DNA of 4,429 nt from a virus. Lineage: Duplodnaviria; Heunggongvirae; Uroviricota; Caudoviricetes. The first letter of the stretch is position 1. The number at the start of each line of letters is the position of its first letter. The notes beneath the pieces were generated by a model. That model saw only the letters and a program-made list of their open reading frames with translations. It had not been told where the DNA came from and ran no database searches. The stretch lies in IMG/VR virus record IMGVR_UViG_2675903289_000007. One strand, given 5' to 3'. The position numbers were made by a program, and so were the translations under genes. Of the stretch, positions 1 through 4,429 are shown in pieces.

Positions 1-109
1 ACACTAAATCAGTAAGTTGGCAGCATCACCGAAGTGGTAAAGAAGATAATAAAGAATAATATTTAGGGTTATAGGTCTTAGCCCATTTTAAATGGAAGGC
101 AGACATGCA

Positions 110-130
110 GCCATGCATACTTCGCATGGC
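110..130 (-). terminator. Possible weak terminator hairpin downstream of the minus-strand membrane-protein gene
   Basis: Perfect 7-bp inverted repeat GCCATGC (110-116) / GCATGGC (124-130) with a 7-nt loop, about 8 nt after the TAA stop of the minus-strand gene. No clear U-tract follows on the minus strand, so the assignment is tentative. Confidence 0.25.
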
Positions 131-137
131 AACATAA

Positions 138-444
138 TTATTTAGACAAACTATCTAATTTTTGCGTCGCTTTTTGTGTTAGGTCGCTGTAACTGATAAA
201 CCCTACGTTAGCACCTACAATTAACACTAAGAACACTAAGCTGCATATGGATAGAGTGGCAGATTTATGCTTATGGAAAACAAAATATGCTACTATTGCA
301 CTTAATATGAAGGAAATGAATAGAAATATAGATGTTGATGTTTTTAGATATTTTTCAGGAAATAATGGGTGAGCAATAATGTATACAAGATTAAGTAGTA
401 TATAAATTGCTACCGGAATGAAAATCATGCTCCAGTGTGTATCT
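138..444 (-). CDS. Hypothetical membrane protein, C-terminal portion only (about 100 aa visible, three predicted transmembrane helices); upstream part lies in masked sequence, so the true start and length are unknown
   Basis: Stop-free minus-strand frame of 102 codons in markedly AT-rich DNA, where chance open frames are short. Translation shows three hydrophobic helix-length segments (MIFIPVAIYILLNLVYIIAHPLF, SIFLFISFILSAIVAYFVF, LSICSLVFLVLIVGANVGFISY) separated by short charged loops, then a hydrophilic tail. TAA stop at 138-140. The ORF-track extension to 1202 is purely an artefact of reading through N. Confidence 0.5.
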
Positions 445-464
445 NNNNNNNNNNNNNNNNNNNN
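445..464. other. Run of N (masked or unresolved bases)
   Basis: 20 consecutive n characters. Confidence 1.
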
Positions 465-509
465 GGGAGGGATTGGCTGCAAATAATCAGACACCGTTTT
501 TCCATCAGT

Positions 510-1187
510 NNNNNNNNNNNNNNNNNNNNNNNNNNNNNNNNNNNNNNNNNNNNNNNNNNNNNNNNNNNNNNNNNNNNNNNNNNNNNNNNNNNNNNNNNNN
601 NNNNNNNNNNNNNNNNNNNNNNNNNNNNNNNNNNNNNNNNNNNNNNNNNNNNNNNNNNNNNNNNNNNNNNNNNNNNNNNNNNNNNNNNNNNNNNNNNNNN
701 NNNNNNNNNNNNNNNNNNNNNNNNNNNNNNNNNNNNNNNNNNNNNNNNNNNNNNNNNNNNNNNNNNNNNNNNNNNNNNNNNNNNNNNNNNNNNNNNNNNN
801 NNNNNNNNNNNNNNNNNNNNNNNNNNNNNNNNNNNNNNNNNNNNNNNNNNNNNNNNNNNNNNNNNNNNNNNNNNNNNNNNNNNNNNNNNNNNNNNNNNNN
901 NNNNNNNNNNNNNNNNNNNNNNNNNNNNNNNNNNNNNNNNNNNNNNNNNNNNNNNNNNNNNNNNNNNNNNNNNNNNNNNNNNNNNNNNNNNNNNNNNNNN
1001 NNNNNNNNNNNNNNNNNNNNNNNNNNNNNNNNNNNNNNNNNNNNNNNNNNNNNNNNNNNNNNNNNNNNNNNNNNNNNNNNNNNNNNNNNNNNNNNNNNNN
1101 NNNNNNNNNNNNNNNNNNNNNNNNNNNNNNNNNNNNNNNNNNNNNNNNNNNNNNNNNNNNNNNNNNNNNNNNNNNNNNNNNNNNNNN
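510..1187. other. Run of N (masked or unresolved bases), 678 nt
   Basis: Continuous n characters; no biological content can be called here. Confidence 1.
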
Positions 1188-1284
1188 CTTAAATGCGACC
1201 ACAATCTGAACTCATCACCTTGTCACAGATGCAGAAATGCACCTGCGATTTTCTGCATTCTGCGGTTTCCGTTAGGGAGGCCGT

Positions 1285-1740
1285 ATGACTCTGCCAGTAG
1301 ACGGCATCAAACTCCATCGCGGTAACTTCGCGGCCATCGGCCAGCAGATTCAGCCATTGCTGGATGCCGGGCAATGCTTACGCCTGCAGGTTAAGCCGTG
1401 GCGCGAGAAGCGCAGCCTGTCGCAGAACGCGCTCAGCCACATGTGGTACACGGAGATCAGCGAATATCTCATCGCCCGCGGCAAGACCTTCGCTACGCCT
1501 GAGTGGGTCAAAGACGCGATGAAGCACACCTATCTCGGCTACGAAAGCAAAGACCGTGTAGATGTCGTGTCCGGCGAGGTCACCACCGTCCAATCCCTCC
1601 GCCATACGTCAGAGCTGGAAACCGGCGAGATGTACATCTTCCTGTGCAAAGTCGAAGCCTGGGCGATGAATATCGGCTGCCACCTGACAATTCCGCAGAG
1701 CTGTGAATACCAGCAGCTGCGCGATAAGCAGGAGGCGTAA
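1285..1740 (+). CDS. ybcN: YbcN / NinB-family prophage protein (described as a DNA base-flipping protein in DLP12), 151 aa
   Basis: ATG at 1285 preceded by GGGAGG (1273-1278); 151-codon frame. Length, sequence character and position as first gene of the ybcN-ninE-ybcO-rusA-ylcG-Q block match my recollection of the DLP12 nin region. Stop TAA overlaps the next start (TAATG). Confidence 0.8.
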   Translation: MTLPVDGIKLHRGNFAAIGQQIQPLLDAGQCLRLQVKPWREKRSLSQNALSHMWYTEISEYLIARGKTFATPEWVKDAMKHTYLGYESKDRVDVVSGEVTTVQSLRHTSELETGEMYIFLCKVEAWAMNIGCHLTIPQSCEYQQLRDKQEA

Positions 1741-1910
1741 TGGCTACACCGCTTATTCGTGTCATGAACGGGCACATCTACAGAGTATCAAATCGTCGTA
1801 AGCGTAAGCCTGAGCTGAAGCCATCCGAAATACCAACACTGCTCGGATATACCGCTAGCCTGGTTGATAAAAAATGGTTGCGACTGGCAGCAAGGAGGAA
1901 TCATGGCTGA
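1740..1910 (+). CDS. ninE: NinE family small prophage protein, 56 aa
   Basis: Absent from the ORF track (below its length cutoff) but clearly present: ATG 1740 preceded by AGGAGG (1729-1734); translates [56 protein letters not shown]; TGA at 1908-1910. Start overlaps the ybcN stop; stop overlaps the ybcO start. Confidence 0.7.
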   Translation: MATPLIRVMNGHIYRVSNRRKRKPELKPSEIPTLLGYTASLVDKKWLRLAARRNHG

Positions 1911-2193
1911 TTTGAGAAAAGCAGCGCGTGGTCGGGAATGCCAGGTAAGAATCCCTGGCGTATGTAATGGCAATCCTGAAACGTCAGTACTGGCACATAT
2001 CCGGCTGGCTGGATTGTGCGGTACCGGTATCAAACCGCCAGACCTGATTGCCACCATTGCATGTTCTGCCTGTCACGACGAAATCGACCGCCGCACATAT
2101 TTTGTCGATGCTGAGTATGCAAAAGAATGCGCGCTGGAAGGTATGGCGAGAACGCAGGTTATCTGGCTGAAAGAGGGGGTTATTAAGGCGTGA
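1903..2193 (+). CDS. ybcO: YbcO (DUF1364) prophage protein with Cys/His cluster, putative metal-binding nuclease, 96 aa
   Basis: The ORF-track frame starts at 1864, but the ATG at 1903 has AGGAGG at 1893-1898 and gives a 96-aa product beginning [14 protein letters not shown]. Cys/His motifs present ([23 protein letters not shown]). Stop TGA 2191-2193 overlaps the rusA GTG start. Confidence 0.75.
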   Translation: MADLRKAARGRECQVRIPGVCNGNPETSVLAHIRLAGLCGTGIKPPDLIATIACSACHDEIDRRTYFVDAEYAKECALEGMARTQVIWLKEGVIKA

Positions 2194-2552
2194 ATACCTA
2201 CAGCATCACATTACCCTGGCCTCCGAGCAATAACCGCTATTACCGCCATAATCGCGGGCGCACACACATCAGCGCAGAAGGGCAGGCATACCGCGATAAC
2301 GTCACCCGAATCATTAAAAACGCAATGCTGGATATCGGCCTGGCTATGCCAGTGAAAATCCGTATTGAGTGCCACATGCCGGATCGCCGTCGCCGTGACC
2401 TGGATAATCTGCAAAAAGCCGCTTTTGACGCACTCACCAAAGCAGGTTTCTGGCTGGATGATGCTCAGGTCGTTGATTACCGCGTTGTGAAGATGCCTGT
2501 TACCAAAGGTGGGAGGCTGGAACTGACCATCACCGAAATGGGGAATGAATGA
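2190..2552 (+). CDS. rusA: RusA Holliday junction resolvase (crossover junction endodeoxyribonuclease), 120 aa
   Basis: 120-aa product [38 protein letters not shown]...[12 protein letters not shown] matches the RusA sequence as I recall it nearly residue for residue. GTG start at 2190 overlaps the ybcO stop (GTGA); purine-rich SD-like stretch upstream. Confidence 0.9.
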   Translation: MNTYSITLPWPPSNNRYYRHNRGRTHISAEGQAYRDNVTRIIKNAMLDIGLAMPVKIRIECHMPDRRRRDLDNLQKAAFDALTKAGFWLDDAQVVDYRVVKMPVTKGGRLELTITEMGNE

Positions 2553-2689
2553 TGTTTGAGTTTTATATGGCAGAACTTCTTCGCCACCGCTGGGGGCATC
2601 TGCGCTTATATCGTTTCCCCGGTTCTGTTTTGACCGATTACCGAATACTGAAGAATTACGCCAAAACCCTGACAGGAGCAGGAGTATGA
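2549..2689 (+). CDS. ylcG: YlcG-like small prophage protein, 46 aa
   Basis: Absent from the ORF track (short). ATG 2549 overlaps the rusA stop (ATGA); translates [46 protein letters not shown]; stop TGA 2687-2689. Position between rusA and Q matches DLP12 organisation. Confidence 0.6.
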   Translation: MMFEFYMAELLRHRWGHLRLYRFPGSVLTDYRILKNYAKTLTGAGV

Positions 2690-2774
2690 AGTCAGAGATA
2701 ACAATCAACTAATACTGTTTTGTTGATTTTTGCTTGTAATTGGCGTTCTGGTCTGATTTTTGTGGAGTAAGTTG

Positions 2775-3167
2775 ATGCGTGATATTCAGATGGTTCTTGA
2801 GCGTTGGGGAGCGTGGGCGGCTAATAATCATGAAGATGTGACCTGGTCGTCCATTGCCGCCGGTTTTAAGGGATTAATTACTTCAAAAGTAAAATCTCGC
2901 CCGCAATGTTGTGACGATGACGCGATGATTATTTGCGGGTGCATGGCCCGTCTGAAAAAGAACAACAGCGATTTGCACGATTTATTAGTAGATTATTATG
3001 TAGTCGGTATGACATTCATGTCACTGGCAGGTAAGCATTGCTGCTCTGATGGTTATATCGGGAAAAGGTTACAGAAGGCTGAGGGCATAATTGAAGGGAT
3101 GTTAATGGCATTAGATATCCGGTTAGAGATGGATATCGTTGCTGTAGGTATGGTTTACCAGTTCTAA
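2775..3167 (+). CDS. quuD: Late-gene antitermination protein Q, small Cys-rich DLP12/phage-82 type; 130 aa as encoded here, with an atypical C-terminus identical to a porin terminal beta-strand
   Basis: ATG 2775 with GGAG about 8 nt upstream (the ORF-track TTG at 2760 is less likely). Product [35 protein letters not shown]... with Cys clusters ([18 protein letters not shown]). The last 11 residues [11 protein letters not shown] are a canonical porin C-terminus; see findings. Confidence 0.8.
   Translation: MRDIQMVLERWGAWAANNHEDVTWSSIAAGFKGLITSKVKSRPQCCDDDAMIICGCMARLKKNNSDLHDLLVDYYVVGMTFMSLAGKHCCSDGYIGKRLQKAEGIIEGMLMALDIRLEMDIVAVGMVYQF
3132..3141 (+). repeat. Left copy of 10-bp inverted repeat GATATCGTTG, at the junction where Q switches to porin-type C-terminal codons
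   Basis: Exact reverse complement (CAACGATATC) occurs at 3406-3415. Sequence identity between the two gene ends stops immediately outside these 10 bp on both sides. Confidence 0.8.
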
Positions 3168-3183
3168 TTTGATTACTAAAAGA

Positions 3184-3337
3184 NNNNNNNNNNNNNNNNN
3201 NNNNNNNNNNNNNNNNNNNNNNNNNNNNNNNNNNNNNNNNNNNNNNNNNNNNNNNNNNNNNNNNNNNNNNNNNNNNNNNNNNNNNNNNNNNNNNNNNNNN
3301 NNNNNNNNNNNNNNNNNNNNNNNNNNNNNNNNNNNNN
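3184..3337. other. Run of N (masked or unresolved bases), 154 nt, inside the Q-porin intergenic segment
   Basis: Continuous n characters. Confidence 1.
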
Positions 3338-3371
3338 GGGGCGTTGCAACGCCCCATTTTTAATAATTTTT
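3338..3371 (+). terminator. Intrinsic (rho-independent) terminator, plus-strand orientation
   Basis: GC-rich stem GGGGCG (3338-3343) / CGCCCC (3350-3355) with loop TTGCAA, followed directly by ATTTTTAATAATTTTT (3356-3371). The 5' flank is masked, so a matching A-tract (bidirectional terminator) cannot be assessed. Sits 170 nt downstream of the Q stop and about 30 nt from the porin stop. Confidence 0.65.
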
Positions 3372-3388
3372 AGTAAACAATTGGCATA

Positions 3389-4429
3389 TTAATTAGAGTT
3401 ATTAACAACGATATCATCGGTAGCAACGCCAGATGCTTTCGTGAAATCGCTCTTATCAATCAGGTTGATTTTGTAATCAACAAAAGTGGACATATTTTTG
3501 TTGAAGTAATAGGTTGCACCTACATCAATATATTCAACCAGGTCCTGATCACCCCACGCACCCAAGTCTTTTCCTTTAGATTGCAGGTAAGCAACGGACG
3601 GACGCAGACCGAAGTCGAACTGATATTGTGCAACTACTTCGAAGTTTTGTGCTTTGTTGGCAATATGGTTATTACCAAAAACAGTCATGTTCTGGGTTTC
3701 AGAATAGGTGGTAGCCAGATAGATGTTGTTCGCATCATATTTCAGACCAGCTGCCCATACTTCAGCATTTTGACCAGATGCATTCAGGCTGTTGTTACCG
3801 TAGATAACCTGATTATTAGTGCGGTCAGATTTAGCATAGGTTGCACCTACACCGAATCCTTCATACTCATAAGTAGTGGAGAAACCGAAACCATCACCAT
3901 TAGCTTCAGTTACGTCAGTGCGGTCATTTTTACCCTGATACTGAGCAGCAAAGTTCAGACCATCAACCAGACCAAAGAAGTCGTTGTTACGATAAGTTGC
4001 AACACCAGTGGTGCGACCAGTCATGAACACATCTGTTTGAGTCCAAGTGTCACCACCGAATTCTGGCAGGACGTCAGTCCACGCACCGATGTCGTATGCT
4101 ACACCGTAGTTACGGCCGTAATCGATGGAGCCGTAGTCACCGAATTTCAGGCCAGCGAAGGCAAGACGGGTTTTATCTTTGGAGGAACCTTGAGATTCAG
4201 CGCGGTTGCCTTTGAATTCATATTCCCACTGACCGAAACCAGTCAGTTGATCGTTGATTTGGGTTTCACCTTTGAAGCCAAGACGGGCATAAGTAGTATC
4301 ACCATCATCTGCATCATTAGAGGAGAAGTAGTGCTTAGCATTAACTTTCCCGTACAGATCCAGCTTGTTACTGTCTTTATTATAAATTTCAGCTGCCTGA
4401 GCAGACATCGCCATCAGTACTGATGCAGC
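3389..4429 (-). CDS. nmpC: Outer-membrane general porin of the NmpC / OmpD / Lc (phage-borne OmpC-like) family; 5' end beyond the window (signal peptide only partly present); C-terminus aberrant (ends DDIVVNNSN, terminal beta-strand and Phe missing)
   Basis: Frame is open to the window edge upstream of the ORF-track Met (reads ...[12 protein letters not shown] then mature [16 protein letters not shown]...). Throughout, the product carries porin hallmarks ([104 protein letters not shown]). Stop TAA (complement) at 3389-3391. Confidence 0.9.
   Translation of the reverse strand, partial: AASVLMAMSAQAAEIYNKDSNKLDLYGKVNAKHYFSSNDADDGDTTYARLGFKGETQINDQLTGFGQWEYEFKGNRAESQGSSKDKTRLAFAGLKFGDYGSIDYGRNYGVAYDIGAWTDVLPEFGGDTWTQTDVFMTGRTTGVATYRNNDFFGLVDGLNFAAQYQGKNDRTDVTEANGDGFGFSTTYEYEGFGVGATYAKSDRTNNQVIYGNNSLNASGQNAEVWAAGLKYDANNIYLATTYSETQNMTVFGNNHIANKAQNFEVVAQYQFDFGLRPSVAYLQSKGKDLGAWGDQDLVEYIDVGATYYFNKNMSTFVDYKINLIDKSDFTKASGVATDDIVVNNSN
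3406..3415 (-). repeat. Right copy of 10-bp inverted repeat (CAACGATATC on plus strand), at the junction where the porin loses its canonical C-terminus
   Basis: Reverse complement of 3132-3141. On the minus strand it encodes the D-I-V of the porin tail, after which the frame reads VNNSN-stop instead of AVGxVYQF. Confidence 0.8.

Noticed and set aside
1231-1270. Imperfect hairpin GCAGAAA ... TTTCTGC upstream of ybcN, considered as a nin-region terminator (tR-like)
   Set aside because: 12-nt loop, AT-rich short stem and only a weak T-rich tail; not convincing without comparative or transcript data.
435-1325. Plus-strand ORFs of 296 aa and 251 aa (435..1325, 437..1192) and minus-strand ORF 425..1204 in the ORF track
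   Set aside because: They consist almost entirely of X translated from N; they are artefacts of reading through masked sequence and carry no evidence of coding.
1189-1374. 61-aa minus-strand ORF overlapping the ybcN start
   Set aside because: Overlaps the ybcN ribosome-binding site and 5' coding region on the opposite strand; no SD; likely spurious.
1378-1777. Minus-strand ORFs 1378..1605, 1539..1775, 1580..1777 and plus-strand ORF 1503..1706
   Set aside because: Overlap ybcN in alternative or antisense frames; Arg/Pro-rich low-complexity translations typical of off-frame reading of GC-rich coding DNA.
1864-1902. Upstream ATG at 1864 for ybcO (109-aa version)
   Set aside because: It would lie deep inside ninE with no SD; the ATG at 1903 has AGGAGG upstream and overlaps the ninE stop as in the rest of the operon.
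1788-2708. Minus-strand ORFs 1788..2057, 2211..2708, 2240..2440
   Set aside because: Antisense to ninE/ybcO/rusA/ylcG, which have proper starts, SD sequences and a conserved gene order; no independent support.
2760-2774. TTG start at 2760 giving a 135-aa Q ([10 protein letters not shown]...)
   Set aside because: The ATG at 2775 has a GGAG Shine-Dalgarno at appropriate spacing and yields the family-typical N-terminus MRDIQ; the TTG extension has no SD.
3016-3363. ORFs 3016..3357 (minus) and 3169..3363 (plus)
   Set aside because: Both are held open only by the 154-nt N run; the unmasked part of 3016..3357 is antisense to the Q gene.
3168-3388. IS5 or another insertion sequence between Q and the porin, as in E. 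coli K-12 where nmpC is interrupted
   Set aside because: The interval is only 221 bp including the 154-nt N run, far too short for IS5 (about 1.2 kb), and no terminal inverted repeats or transposase-like frame are visible.
3581-4423. 280-aa plus-strand ORF
   Set aside because: Lies entirely antisense to the porin gene, whose product has unmistakable porin motifs; the antisense frame is an incidental open frame with no recognisable protein features.
1-4429. CRISPR arrays, tRNA or rRNA genes
   Set aside because: No regularly spaced direct repeats and no cloverleaf-like or rRNA-like sequence in the unmasked portions; the window is dense with protein-coding prophage genes.

Overview
The window reads as the nin-region / Q antiterminator / porin segment of a DLP12- or phage-82-like lambdoid prophage from an enterobacterium (most likely Escherichia coli). 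The plus strand carries a tightly packed operon: a YbcN/NinB-family protein, NinE, YbcO, the RusA Holliday-junction resolvase, YlcG and a small Cys-rich Q antiterminator. A 5'-truncated NmpC/OmpD/Lc-type porin gene lies convergently on the minus strand. At the left end, an AT-rich minus-strand gene encodes a protein with a C-terminal multi-transmembrane region; its upstream part falls in masked sequence. Three runs of N (445-464, 510-1187, 3184-3337) cannot be interpreted. The main finding is a reciprocal C-terminal swap: Q ends with the canonical porin last beta-strand ([11 protein letters not shown]) while the porin ends DDIVVNNSN and lacks its terminal Phe. The breakpoints sit on a 10-bp inverted repeat (GATATCGTTG at 3132-3141, CAACGATATC at 3406-3415), which is the signature of a roughly 264-bp inversion of the Q-porin intergenic segment. 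That segment also carries an intrinsic terminator and what would be the porin 3'UTR. No tRNA, rRNA, CRISPR array or IS element is visible in the unmasked sequence. All protein identifications are from recalled family sequences, not from a database search.
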